The position numbers and the translations under genes are program-made. A stretch of DNA of 64,000 nt from Planctomycetota bacterium. Its GTDB lineage: Bacteria > Planctomycetota > PLA2 > JAEUHO01. Below the pieces are notes generated by a model. That model was not told the DNA's origin. It did not search any database and worked only from the letters and a program-made list of their open reading frames with translations. Position 1 is the first letter of the stretch. Each line of letters begins with the position of its first letter. Shown in pieces: positions 18,101 through 26,232 of the stretch. The stretch covers positions 512,001 through 576,000 of the forward strand of contig CBDCTJ010000007.1 in assembly GCA_965222115.1 (NCBI GenBank), given 5' to 3'.

Positions 18101-20371
18101 AAAGAGGCCGCGCCAGCGCACTTGTTGGCCGGGTCGATACACCGGTCGATCCGCATACACGTACGCTTTGCTATGAAAGCCGGCTTGCACCTGCTTACCT
18201 GGCTCAATCTCGGTGGACGCGGCGCCTGCATCGGAAAGCACTAAGACATTGCCGGCGTGAGTTCCCTTGTTGCCCTGCCAAATACCATCCTTTCCTGTTA
18301 CGCCGACTTCCTTGCGGTCGGTTGCCAAGACGCGGGCACCGGCCACAGGCTTCTTGGTGGTCCGGTCAAAAGCCCACACGAACAGTTGGCGGCCTGGGGA
18401 CTGCTTTACAACGCAAGCGATATCACTAATGAGCACAAGCGTGGTACTTGTGAGATCGTCGTCACCGGCAACGACCACAAACGCGCCGGGGCCTTCAATC
18501 GGAAGCGGGCGATCGGCTTCAATCTTGTGAAAGTCTTTGTAGTCCCCCAGTTCCCATGTGCTTTCAAAGTCAGGCTTGACGATTTCAAGTTGCAAGCCTT
18601 CAACGCCCTTGAGCGTGCCCTTCTTTTGGAAGTACGCCTCGAGCCCCAGGCGATAGACACGCACCTTGAGGGACTTAATATTGCGCGTGGTGACGCGCAC
18701 GGTGGCGGGATCCTTGGTGCCCAGCACGCGTTCGGCATGGACCTCCAAGTGCTTTTCTTTGAGCTCACTCAGGCGACCGCCTGCTTCTGCTGCTTGCGGG
18801 GTTCCCGCGAAGTCCTTTTTGACGCGTTCGTAGCCTTCCATGGCCTTTTCGAGATCCACGGGGTCATGATCTTGCCAAAGTTTGGCCAACAGGAGTGCCG
18901 CAGCAGGACCGGATGGCGTTTTCGCATAGCGGCCCGCCACCTCGCGCAACAAACCGCGCGCTTCATCAAGCTTCCCCGAGTCAATCAATAATGCCTGCGC
19001 AGCATACGAAAGTGCGATGGGCGCGCGTGCATCGTCTTGCTGCTCGGCGGCAAAGGTGCGCCACGCGGCGATGGCGCCGTCGATGTCGTCCTGCGCTTTA
19101 AGTGATTCCCCCTTTTGAAAACTCGCCGTCACAATCTTGCCGCGCACTTCCGACCAACGGTCGTGCGACGGGTTGTTGCGCAGAAAGTCGTTCCATGCAG
19201 ATATCGCGTCGTCGTGACGACCGGCGTTTAGCAAGGCATCGCCTGCGCGCACACGTGCGTCGCCCGCGTAGTCGTGCTTGGGGTAGCGCTCAGCAAAGGC
19301 GCGCCATTCGGCGGCGGCCTGCGCAGGCTTGGACCACTGCTCGTAGGCTTCGGCGAGGAATCGATGCGCATCGGCCGCTTCTTTGTGCTCACCGTGGGCG
19401 CGCAGGGCCTTACGCAAGTAGTCCACGCCTTCCTCAAAAGCGGAACTGCCATCCTTGACAGCGCGCGCCGCCGTGAATCGTTCTTTGGCAAGCAACACCA
19501 ACACGGGAAAGGGCGCGTCGCCGCCAGTGGCCTCTGCGAGTCGCAGCGCGACACGCAACGCTTGCCGTGCCGAGACCGACTGGTTGGTGTTCAAGTAGGC
19601 GTGACCCAGACCGGTGTAGGCCGCCAACAGATGCGCGCGCGTCTTGGGGTCGGTGGGCAGCTCCGTGAGTGCTTCACGCTCAAGCGGTTTTTTGATGTCA
19701 AGTTGTTCGAGTTGCGTGGTCCACAACACCACGGCATCGTTATGCAGTCCGGTTTCCTTCAGAATCGTACCGATGCGTTCGCGAATGCGCAGACCTTCGG
19801 CGTCGTCCACACCGATGGTGAGTGCCTGACGATAGCTCTGCAGTGCGCGCTGGAGGTTTTTCACCTTCTTTGTGCGACCCAAGTCGTCGGTGGTGTCTAT
19901 GCCGTCAAAGTCAAGATCGGCAAGCGCAACATGAAGTGCGGCGGTGGCGTGTCGTGCCTTACTCGACGTTGAATTGTCGGCCAACTCACGCAGGAGGTTG
20001 GACGCGTTCTTGGGACTGCCCGCCAGCCGATGGGCATGTACCGCCAAGTGCTGCACGCGGCCTTTCCATACGTCGTCGGCGTGGGCCTTGAGAAACGCCT
20101 CGGTGCCTTCTAACGCTGCCTTCCCTTTGCCGGCCGACAGCAAGGCTTGGATTTCTAGAACCCAAGCTTCTTTGGCTTCCTCGGTGCCGGGATGTGCGTT
20201 GCGAAACTTCTGAAGCGCGGCGACGGCGTCGTCCCACCGTTGATCGCGTAGGGGCTCTTGGGCTTCGCGGAACGCGGCGCGTCGATTGGGGTCGTCCCCG
20301 GCATCAGCGGTGAGGTGAAATACAGAAACGGCCAACATGGCGGCTGACAAAATGGCAATGGTTGGATTCAT
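12146..20371 (-). CDS. Alpha-2-macroglobulin family protein with TPR regions
   Basis: Signal peptide MNPTIAILSAAMLA (start 20371); DRPVYRPGQ and VQEYRKPEF MG motifs; LPDNLTSW; thioester motif FPYGCLEQ; EDPLPSAFE; TPR-like helices at both ends. Confidence 0.95.
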   Translation of the reverse strand: MNPTIAILSAAMLAVSVFHLTADAGDDPNRRAAFREAQEPLRDQRWDDAVAALQKFRNAHPGTEEAKEAWVLEIQALLSAGKGKAALEGTEAFLKAHADDVWKGRVQHLAVHAHRLAGSPKNASNLLRELADNSTSSKARHATAALHVALADLDFDGIDTTDDLGRTKKVKNLQRALQSYRQALTIGVDDAEGLRIRERIGTILKETGLHNDAVVLWTTQLEQLDIKKPLEREALTELPTDPKTRAHLLAAYTGLGHAYLNTNQSVSARQALRVALRLAEATGGDAPFPVLVLLAKERFTAARAVKDGSSAFEEGVDYLRKALRAHGEHKEAADAHRFLAEAYEQWSKPAQAAAEWRAFAERYPKHDYAGDARVRAGDALLNAGRHDDAISAWNDFLRNNPSHDRWSEVRGKIVTASFQKGESLKAQDDIDGAIAAWRTFAAEQQDDARAPIALSYAAQALLIDSGKLDEARGLLREVAGRYAKTPSGPAAALLLAKLWQDHDPVDLEKAMEGYERVKKDFAGTPQAAEAGGRLSELKEKHLEVHAERVLGTKDPATVRVTTRNIKSLKVRVYRLGLEAYFQKKGTLKGVEGLQLEIVKPDFESTWELGDYKDFHKIEADRPLPIEGPGAFVVVAGDDDLTSTTLVLISDIACVVKQSPGRQLFVWAFDRTTKKPVAGARVLATDRKEVGVTGKDGIWQGNKGTHAGNVLVLSDAGAASTEIEPGKQVQAGFHSKAYVYADRPVYRPGQQVRWRGLFMKANGGNYLPVGKHKGSVQILDARGDVALSARVKSTAFGTFQGTYALGTESPLGTYRVRLDVDHAGTWEGTFQVQEYRKPEFVIAVEPEQAVVRTGDDVKAKIALTYSFGGPVADAPVAYEVWRMPRTFTPSVAEDYSWYFKDERRKKEARIKTAGRERVARGRVTTDEAGEAEIVFPTQERDEDAEYVVRAMAQDITRRWVMDEGRIPVTQRDYMALVKTDRKVIRPKQDFNATVRTVDALERAVARSGELVLLRLRQVRTPLNPKQRGKRVPTVVRDEEIEEARHPLAVGESGEAEMKLSLEKPGRWRLRWRGKDARDRLVTAYVDIEVSGEEEDPAKDARLVAAKTLYREGEAAGLMIRSPMTEGVALLTYEGEKVLDYMLVPLTGTSTMVEAPLKGHHAPNVFFKVAIPVATPGDEKLLEADTEVVVLRHLDIDVSIAPKTAKPGDEVEIAVVTRDAQGKPVTAEVGLSLIDEAVFAIAPDTSPSIRPYFYDRRRTLGVMTASSMGTRFYGTTRETSKDLLAEAAARSDDGNAAIAMALLADAREALREGNTVLAVKNAVDAIEKNPQSWDARVLMRELARNQAAQAALQQYAADKAPAPPMTAAMPAAKSAPPGAIGIAGGSGGARFETRRSAARPAASMAEEVESDNNLDFEDSFGESEGLDDAPFDGADSKGMRRGREGRKSKKRGRSRREVLKSQSANLVGRQAELLERHQRALVLSGTQGNFDRRWKSILLDLQDEPGMESMEVRRHFEDSAYWNPALETGDDGKATVRVKLPDNLTSWRADVRGVSAKALVGSGKASCRARRDLLVRMDTPRFLTQGDEITVPTAVHNNSGAEVDAKVEIKAEGVTLSGNDETLKIGARGRGVSDRDVSATEPGRVKLTAKVSAGGASDAVEVSLSTKARGIPLTIDGRSGFLDSSKSDSAETFLDVPENLVPGTLRLQVLLAPQLHDAIRDALLVLETFPYGCLEQNVHRFLPLIEAQRALSASGSPAADVRKSVLAAAERGARQIRNFQHKDGSFGWFAGGNGNVAMTAYALRGLVGARKAGVKGLDRAIDKATQALRKMVVGGPEDDRALGHLALAEVRRRNAEAFAASFRNRNEALSTTGLAWLCLAAHEEGRGFEADELARLLIERVQQKDDVSWWTARKDDCFTGSDFEATAWAVTALVRTKKASLHVERAMNWMRLGRMQRRGLHTKDMSAFVHAACAWLEGGRAQRFGGTIDVLLDGNVVKSIETGDRILDPSDRRFRIGEANSLSAGRHRLGFKIKGQGELCYAVRLSAVQKSDDLPGDTHGFTLSRSYLRKEEAADPGSPPKQKPGYSVLRPAARPTIEAKDVTEVVDSDKLLVRLTIKTSRTLRYVLVEDPLPSAFEVLEDTTSGPFDWQERRDDRQVFFLSKVPEGTTTIDYVIQATHWGRSTALGTHAYAMYRPEFNARAAGTGLLVKKESNDPTTDVEAEATPDERWARAQKLVEEKRYKEARETLTSLKQLPLRDEIVEAAESHLLRCAIEMKDAKEIVRAREELVRRNTGLIPNELDDQRAIAFAYHELGEFDPARPLMEALVYRAFGHETQWAQTLTARGEELKGLTALNSRQRAYPLAGPVVQAMLARAQRMEALQRPEDSAFGSKGKPMDHESIEALRDLAAHASDEKLFGSRGVTAPINYLLVPAHRRVGELDTAANEAEAFLRRFPDSRFVDDAYYFLSDVRYREFELAPDDKAKAASVEAAAKPLVERRFKDNRGRDVWSPFRTRAYHYLARVRHIQGRVDEALALYKKAKGVEDAAEAVAFLTRTSLSMDSRHVHALNQPLTFALNHRGVESVSIQAYPVDLQVLFAIRKTLDGLHRIDLSGLVPAHAWEHKTGGKDHTTSTVTIPTKEKGPGVWLVIAKSGKLETSGLVSRTDLAVELQRIGDKKIRVYVTDAKGRGVRGAYVAASDGVAIRTRGRTDGRGILEATGALKKAFVVVSLDDRYATASDPKE

Positions 20372-20573
20372 AGGTCGCCCTCGTAGTAGGGAAAAAAGAG
20401 GCACGGCGTGCCGTGGAAGGAAACGCTGCCGGTGGATCAAGGGCAAGGGCAAGAAATCGACCCTCCCCAATGGCACAACGTCTACCCAAATCATCCCATA
20501 GAGGCTGGGGCGGTGGCGAGTCAAGCCTCGCTGCTCCGCCCCGCGCCTCACGTACAGACGCCGTGCATCCCAC

Positions 20574-22256
20574 TTGGACACCAAGACGCTGCGATGGTTC
20601 CATGCGTTCGTGACTTCTCGTGCCCACATACCGCGTCGACTGATTCACGTGCTGGTGGCCGCGCTGGCACTGCGCTGCGTCGCGCTTTCGGCGTGGTCAC
20701 TGAGCACGGCCGAGGGCGACATCTGGTGGCGCAGCACGCAAGGCTCGCTCGCTGAGATATGGGGTGGTCCCAATACGTATGCACCGTTGTGGCAGAGTTT
20801 CCTACGCGTGTGGACGGCGCTGATTGGTGATGGCGAGGCGGCGCTGCGCATGCCGTCGGCCATCGCGGGCGTGCTGGCGGTTTGGTTGACGTGGCGGTTG
20901 TGCTTGCGTCTTTTGCACGAGCAATACACGCCGGGGCACGGTGGCTTTGGACAGGATGTCGAACCTGAAGCGGCCGTTTCGATTGGATTGTGGACGGCAG
21001 GCCTCGTGGCATGCGCCGCGTTCACGACTGAGCGCGCGCAAGATGTGTTGCCGCACTCGACACTGCTGGCGTGTGCACTTGGACTGCACCTTTGCTATTT
21101 GCGTTGGATGGATACGCCGACTCGACGGCACGCCGTTACCTATGCAGCGCTGGCGTGTTGCGCGTTGTTGATTCATGAGGCGGTTGGCGTCGTCATCGTG
21201 GCGCATGCGATTCACGCGATGTTCTTGAAACGAAGCGCAGGACCTGGCCGATCGCGCAAGGCCTTTGTGCTAGCCGTTGTCATTTCGCTGGTGCCCTACG
21301 TGCTTTGGCTTGTTCTCGCAGACACCCCTGCCGTGCCCGTGCATGGCATTGTGCTGACTACGCTGCCCGCCGAACAGGCCCACACGTTGCTACAAATGGG
21401 CACCGGGCCGGGGCTGCTTGTTGTCGATGGCGAAAACGAAGCAAACGGGCTGATTTCGGTGCTGATGGCAGAGCCGCTTTCGCTCGTGCTTGTACTTGTT
21501 CTCTTTGGGATACCGCTAGCGCTGGGTATCGCCACCCTAAAGCAACTCCCGGGCGTCAATCGCTTTCTGATTGTGACCGTGTTGACGGTGTTGATCTTGA
21601 GCTTGGTGTCGAAGCGCCACGCCGATGGAATCGCGACATTGACGCCGCTCTTGTTGTTTCTCGCGGTGGTCGGGCCGTTTGCGTCACGGTCCATGTGGGT
21701 GCGCCGTGCGGGGTTGATCATGTTGGTGATTCTCACGGCCATCGGTATGGCGGCCTATCACGGCGCACCGTTGTCATCGATCTCCGAGGACGAAACGATC
21801 ACGATGGACGATGAACACTTCGCACCCGAGTATCGAAGTGCCCCGGGATCCGTCGTACGCGGCTTGCATCACGATCGTAGTTACGCCAAGACACCGTGGC
21901 GCGAAGTCCACAAACGCGTGGCCAAACTCATCAACGCGCAGCCGCACAATGATCTCGTCGTTCTTTCGCCGGCCTCAGCCATGGGTGTGTGGACCTACTA
22001 CGATCGCCCCAAACGAATCGTCTATACGCGCGATGCCGCGGAACCGCTGATAGACACGTGCCGCACGGCAGATCGGATTGCATTGATTGATCAGGGTGCC
22101 GAGGCGCCTTCGAAGGATGACAACGAACTCTGGCGGGCGCTCCTTCAACATCGGGCGTCGGGCGCCGTAGGCACCGTGCGCGCCATTGTGCGCATACCAT
22201 CAATTCGGTGGCGACGCGGCGCCGGCATTCATATTGGGATCATGAGCTTTCGCTAG
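20574..22256 (+). CDS. GT-C fold (ArnT/PMT, GT39-like) membrane glycosyltransferase
   Basis: Multiple TM segments; PLW...W..LIGDGEAALRMPSAIAG signature. Confidence 0.75.
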   Translation: MDTKTLRWFHAFVTSRAHIPRRLIHVLVAALALRCVALSAWSLSTAEGDIWWRSTQGSLAEIWGGPNTYAPLWQSFLRVWTALIGDGEAALRMPSAIAGVLAVWLTWRLCLRLLHEQYTPGHGGFGQDVEPEAAVSIGLWTAGLVACAAFTTERAQDVLPHSTLLACALGLHLCYLRWMDTPTRRHAVTYAALACCALLIHEAVGVVIVAHAIHAMFLKRSAGPGRSRKAFVLAVVISLVPYVLWLVLADTPAVPVHGIVLTTLPAEQAHTLLQMGTGPGLLVVDGENEANGLISVLMAEPLSLVLVLVLFGIPLALGIATLKQLPGVNRFLIVTVLTVLILSLVSKRHADGIATLTPLLLFLAVVGPFASRSMWVRRAGLIMLVILTAIGMAAYHGAPLSSISEDETITMDDEHFAPEYRSAPGSVVRGLHHDRSYAKTPWREVHKRVAKLINAQPHNDLVVLSPASAMGVWTYYDRPKRIVYTRDAAEPLIDTCRTADRIALIDQGAEAPSKDDNELWRALLQHRASGAVGTVRAIVRIPSIRWRRGAGIHIGIMSFR

Positions 22257-22289
22257 TCGCGCTATTGTGTAATGGACAAGGAGGCGTCC

Positions 22290-23453
22290 GTGGCAAAGTC
22301 GAAATCAACACGTAGGGCGCGTAAGACTCGTATCGCCATTCTCACCGGCGGAGGCGATTGCCCGGGGCTCAATGCCGTCATTCGTGCCGTGGTGAAGACG
22401 TCGCAGAATGTCTATGGCTGGGAGGTCTTTGGCGTTCGAAACGGTTTCGAGGGCTTTACAGAACCGCGCGATCAAGGCGTTCAGCTCATCACCCGCGGGG
22501 AGATCGCGGGCATCTTGCCGCGGGGCGGCACGATTCTGGGCGCCAACAATCGATTCAATATCTTTGCGGTGCCGCGCGAGAAAGGCGATCCGCACGATTT
22601 ATCCACGCGCGTGTTGTCAGTAGTCAAACGCAAACGCATTCGCGCAGTCGTTACGGTGGGTGGTGACGGCACACAGACCATCGCCACGCGACTATCGGAC
22701 ATGGGCGTGCCGGTGGTGGGCGTTCCCAAGACGATCGACAACGACTTGCGCGGCACCGACCGCACGTTTGGTTTTGATTCCGCCGTGCGCGTGGTGGCGC
22801 AGGCCATTGATCGACTCTACACCACCGCGGCCAGTCATCATCGCGTGATGTGTGTGGAAGTCATGGGCCGCCATAGCGGCTGGATTGCTCTTCATGGTGG
22901 TCTTGCCGGCGGCGCCGAAGTCATCTTGATTCCTGAGATCCCCTACGATCCGGATGCGATTGCGCGCAAGATTGAAGGCCGCGTGAAACACGGACGTCGA
23001 TTTTCCGTAATCGTCATTTCCGAAGGGGCCACGCGCAAGGACGGCGCGTTGGTCTATCGACAAGGCAGCGAAGAAGATGGCACGCGGCTGGGCGGTGTGT
23101 CGTTTCAAGTGGCCGAAGAACTGCGCGCACGCACCAGCTTGGAGGTGCGCAACATCGTGCTAGGCCATACGCAACGCGGAGGCTCGCCAACGGCCTTTGA
23201 TCGCGTGTTGGCCACACGTATGGGCGAACACGCAGTTATCTTGATCGACAAAGAGCGCTACGGCCACATGGTGGCACTGCGCGGAACCAAAATGACCTCC
23301 GTACCGTTGGAACGCGCCACGCGCGCCATCAAACGGGTGCGTCCGAAGGGGCAGTTGGTTGCCTCCGCCCGTAGCCTGGGGATCTCGTTTGGCGCCGCGG
23401 ATGGCAGTGACGATTCGTATTTCGAGGCCCGACAGAATCACGGAGTTCCATGA
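22290..23453 (+). CDS. pfkA: 6-phosphofructokinase, probably ATP-dependent
   Basis: TGGGDCPGLNAVIR, GGDGT, PKTIDND, EVMGR, LGHTQRGG; GTG start after AAGGAGG. Confidence 0.95.
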   Translation: MAKSKSTRRARKTRIAILTGGGDCPGLNAVIRAVVKTSQNVYGWEVFGVRNGFEGFTEPRDQGVQLITRGEIAGILPRGGTILGANNRFNIFAVPREKGDPHDLSTRVLSVVKRKRIRAVVTVGGDGTQTIATRLSDMGVPVVGVPKTIDNDLRGTDRTFGFDSAVRVVAQAIDRLYTTAASHHRVMCVEVMGRHSGWIALHGGLAGGAEVILIPEIPYDPDAIARKIEGRVKHGRRFSVIVISEGATRKDGALVYRQGSEEDGTRLGGVSFQVAEELRARTSLEVRNIVLGHTQRGGSPTAFDRVLATRMGEHAVILIDKERYGHMVALRGTKMTSVPLERATRAIKRVRPKGQLVASARSLGISFGAADGSDDSYFEARQNHGVP

Positions 23454-24298
23454 AGCGAATCGACCTCCACGCGCACACGACGCATTCAGACGGCACGTGT
23501 TCGCCGGAGGCGTTGGCCGACGAAGCCAAGCGCGTGGGACTTGCGGCGTTGGCCGTCACCGATCACGACACGACCACAGCTATAGAACCGGTTCGTCGTG
23601 CGGCGGCCGCCCACGGCATCGAAGTCTTCGACGGATGCGAAATCTCAACGCGCTTGCCTTCGGGCATTGTGCACGTGTTGGCCTATGGATTTGATCCAAC
23701 ACACGAACGCCTGCAAGCGTTCCTGGCCAAAGTGCGTGCGGCGCGAGACGCGCGTAACGTGATCATTCTCGAAAAACTCAATGGGCTCGGGCTCACACTC
23801 ACCATGGACGAGGTGCTCAAACACGTCGTGGGCACGGTGGTGGCGCGCCCGCACTTTGCCAAAGCGCTCGTTGAACGCGGTCATGCCGATTCCATATCGG
23901 AAGTCTTTGAACGCTGGCTGCATGATCGTGGACCGGCCTACGTCATTGCCGACATGCCCGATCCGGTGGATGCGATTTCCATGGTGCGTGCTGCCGGGGG
24001 TGTCACGGTGATTGCGCACCCCAAACAGATGCGGCTCGGCGGCCTCAACACCTATCGCTGCACCTTCGAACGCTTTCGCGATGCCGGGCTTAGCGGGATC
24101 GAAGTCGATCACCCCAGCCACGACGCCTCGCACCGGAAGAACTTTCGTCTAATTGCCGATACGCTGGATCTCGTGCCCACGGGCGGCAGCGACTTTCATG
24201 GCGACGCCAAGCCCCACATTCGATTGGGAGAAGGCGACGGTTCGATTGAAGTGTATTACGACACATGGCATGCGTTGATGGAGCGACGTCCCGCGTGA
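23450..24298 (+). CDS. PHP-domain metallophosphoesterase
   Basis: DLHAHTTHSDG, TDHD, AHP, GGSDFHG. Confidence 0.93.
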   Translation: MKRIDLHAHTTHSDGTCSPEALADEAKRVGLAALAVTDHDTTTAIEPVRRAAAAHGIEVFDGCEISTRLPSGIVHVLAYGFDPTHERLQAFLAKVRAARDARNVIILEKLNGLGLTLTMDEVLKHVVGTVVARPHFAKALVERGHADSISEVFERWLHDRGPAYVIADMPDPVDAISMVRAAGGVTVIAHPKQMRLGGLNTYRCTFERFRDAGLSGIEVDHPSHDASHRKNFRLIADTLDLVPTGGSDFHGDAKPHIRLGEGDGSIEVYYDTWHALMERRPA

Positions 24299-25149
24299 TG
24301 GGCGAGCGACCGCCGGCTTGGATGCGACTGCTCCCTCGGCGACTTGTGTCGCGCTTTCTTGGGGGCGTGGGCGCGGCCCCGGTGCCCGGCGCGTTGTTGC
24401 GCGCTGTGCTTCGCGCCTACTGCAAAGCGTATGGCGTCAACATGAGCGAAAGCAGGGCAGCGCTTTCGTCATTCCCTACGTTTCGTGCGTTCTTCTCACG
24501 TGAGCTCAACGCGGATGCGCGAATCATCGACAAGACGCCGGATGTGCTTGTCTCGCCGTGCGACGGGCGCGTTGCCCAGTGTGGGCGGATACGGGCCGGC
24601 ACATTGGTGCAGGCCAAAGGACTCGACTACACAACGGCTGCGCTGCTTCGTTCTCGCCCCTATGCTGAGTGCTTTGAGGGCGGCTCCTATCTTGTGATCT
24701 ACTTGGCGCCTGGGGATTACCACCGCTTTCATTGGCCGGTAGACGGCACGCTCAACTCGGTGTGGCATTTGCCGGGCGACTTATGGCCGGTGAACCCGAG
24801 CGCCGTGCGAACGGTGCGTCATCTCTTTGCTGTCAATGAACGCGTGGTGCTGGACCTAACCGCATCGAACAGCATGCGCGTGGCGATGGTGCCGGTGGGC
24901 GCCCTCAATGTAGGCAGTATTCATATTGACGGCGTGGTACTTCGCACCAACACAGGCGCCCCTGCATGGCCGCGCGTGGTGTTTCCCCGTTACGCGAACC
25001 AACAGCGACACGGACGGCGCGGCGACTTGATGGGATGGTTTGGTTTCGGCTCCTCCATTGTGCTCTTGACCGAATCGGCGAACGACAACATCGAGCAACT
25101 CACGCCGGGCGCCGTCTTGCGGATGGGCACTGCGTTTGGTGAAACATAG
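24298..25149 (+). CDS. psd: Phosphatidylserine decarboxylase proenzyme
   Basis: VSPCDG, QAKG, IYLAPGDYHRFH, NER, VGALNVGSI, FGSS cleavage motif; TGATG overlap with upstream gene. Confidence 0.92.
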   Translation: MGERPPAWMRLLPRRLVSRFLGGVGAAPVPGALLRAVLRAYCKAYGVNMSESRAALSSFPTFRAFFSRELNADARIIDKTPDVLVSPCDGRVAQCGRIRAGTLVQAKGLDYTTAALLRSRPYAECFEGGSYLVIYLAPGDYHRFHWPVDGTLNSVWHLPGDLWPVNPSAVRTVRHLFAVNERVVLDLTASNSMRVAMVPVGALNVGSIHIDGVVLRTNTGAPAWPRVVFPRYANQQRHGRRGDLMGWFGFGSSIVLLTESANDNIEQLTPGAVLRMGTAFGET

Positions 25150-25218
25150 CGTTTCAAATCAAGGGCCTTTGATCCGCGTGGGTGCCCAACTACGAGGGCG
25201 TTACACTCCCTGCCGCCG

Positions 25219-26232
25219 TTGGGAGCCGTTTTGTCGTCGTCCGCGCCCGTCATCAGTGTTGTTGTGCCGCTGTTTCAAGAAGAAACGCGTTTGCACCGGT
25301 TGCTAGACGAACTCGGGTCACGGCTTGCCGAGATCGGCGAGCCGTACGAAATCGTGCTAATCGATGACGGCTCGAGCGACAAGACATGGGAGGTGGTGGA
25401 GGCAGCCGCCGCAAAGAACCCGGTAATTGTTGGACGTCGCCTCAGTCGAAACTTTGGCAAAGAAGCGGCCCTATGTGCGGGGCTCGAAGTCGCGCGCGGC
25501 GAAGCCACAATTGTGATGGACGGCGACCTGCAACACCCGCCCGCCCTGATCCCCGACATGGTCAAGCGTTGGCGCGACACCGACTGCGATGTGGTGGAAG
25601 CCGTCAAGACGGGTCACAAACGCGACGCCGCCGCGGGGCGTTTTTTCGGGCGCTTCTTCTATTGGTCCATGAAAAAGTTCTCGGGCATCGATCTCAAACA
25701 TGCGAGCGACTTCAAACTGATCACGCGCCGTGTGCTGGATGCCTGGTTGCGGCTCGGGGAACGCGGCCTGTTCTTCCGCGGCATGATTGCGTGGCTTGGG
25801 TTTCGCCGGGAACAAATCGAGTTTGAGGTGCCTGGGGAACACGCGCGCAAGTCACGTTGGTCCACGCGAAGATTGTTTGAGCTGGGCACGACCGGCATTA
25901 CGGCCTTCTCCTCGGCGCCTCTGCGTGCCGCAAGCCTCTTGGGTGTCGTCTTCTTCCTCTTCGCGGTCATTTTGGGCGCACACTCCCTGTGGATGAAGTT
26001 TAGCGGCAAAGCGGTTGAGGGCTTTACGACGGTTATCATCTTGCAACTCTTGATTGGCAGCATGATCGCCATGTTGTTGGGTGTGATTGGCGAGTACTTG
26101 GCGCGTATCTATGAAGAGGTCAAAGGCCGCCCGCGATTCTTGATCGCCGATGAAACGAACGCAGCATCTCGTAGCGCGACGACGGACGAATCATCAGCGG
26201 GCGAATCATCAGCGGACGATGCATCATCTTGA
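25219..26232 (+). CDS. GT2 polyprenyl-phosphate glycosyltransferase (GtrB-like)
   Basis: DDGSSD, SRNFGKEAA, MDGDLQHPP, two C-terminal TMs, GEYLARIYEEVKGRP. Confidence 0.93.
   Translation: MGAVLSSSAPVISVVVPLFQEETRLHRLLDELGSRLAEIGEPYEIVLIDDGSSDKTWEVVEAAAAKNPVIVGRRLSRNFGKEAALCAGLEVARGEATIVMDGDLQHPPALIPDMVKRWRDTDCDVVEAVKTGHKRDAAAGRFFGRFFYWSMKKFSGIDLKHASDFKLITRRVLDAWLRLGERGLFFRGMIAWLGFRREQIEFEVPGEHARKSRWSTRRLFELGTTGITAFSSAPLRAASLLGVVFFLFAVILGAHSLWMKFSGKAVEGFTTVIILQLLIGSMIAMLLGVIGEYLARIYEEVKGRPRFLIADETNAASRSATTDESSAGESSADDASS
26185..26229 (+). repeat. 15-bp tandem repeat x3 encoding DESSA-GESSA-DDASS
   Basis: gacgaatcatcagcg ggcgaatcatcagcg gacgatgcatcatct. Confidence 0.7.

Noticed and set aside
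20372-20629. Extended N-terminus of A2M in the ORF track (also extended starts for thiD, aceE, carB, the TPR gene)
   Set aside because: Downstream starts fit better with signal peptides, RBS and family N-termini, and mostly avoid overlaps.
26185-26229. 15-bp tandem repeat as a phase-variation device
   Set aside because: Unit is a multiple of 3 in a disordered C-terminal tail, so copy-number change would not shift frame.
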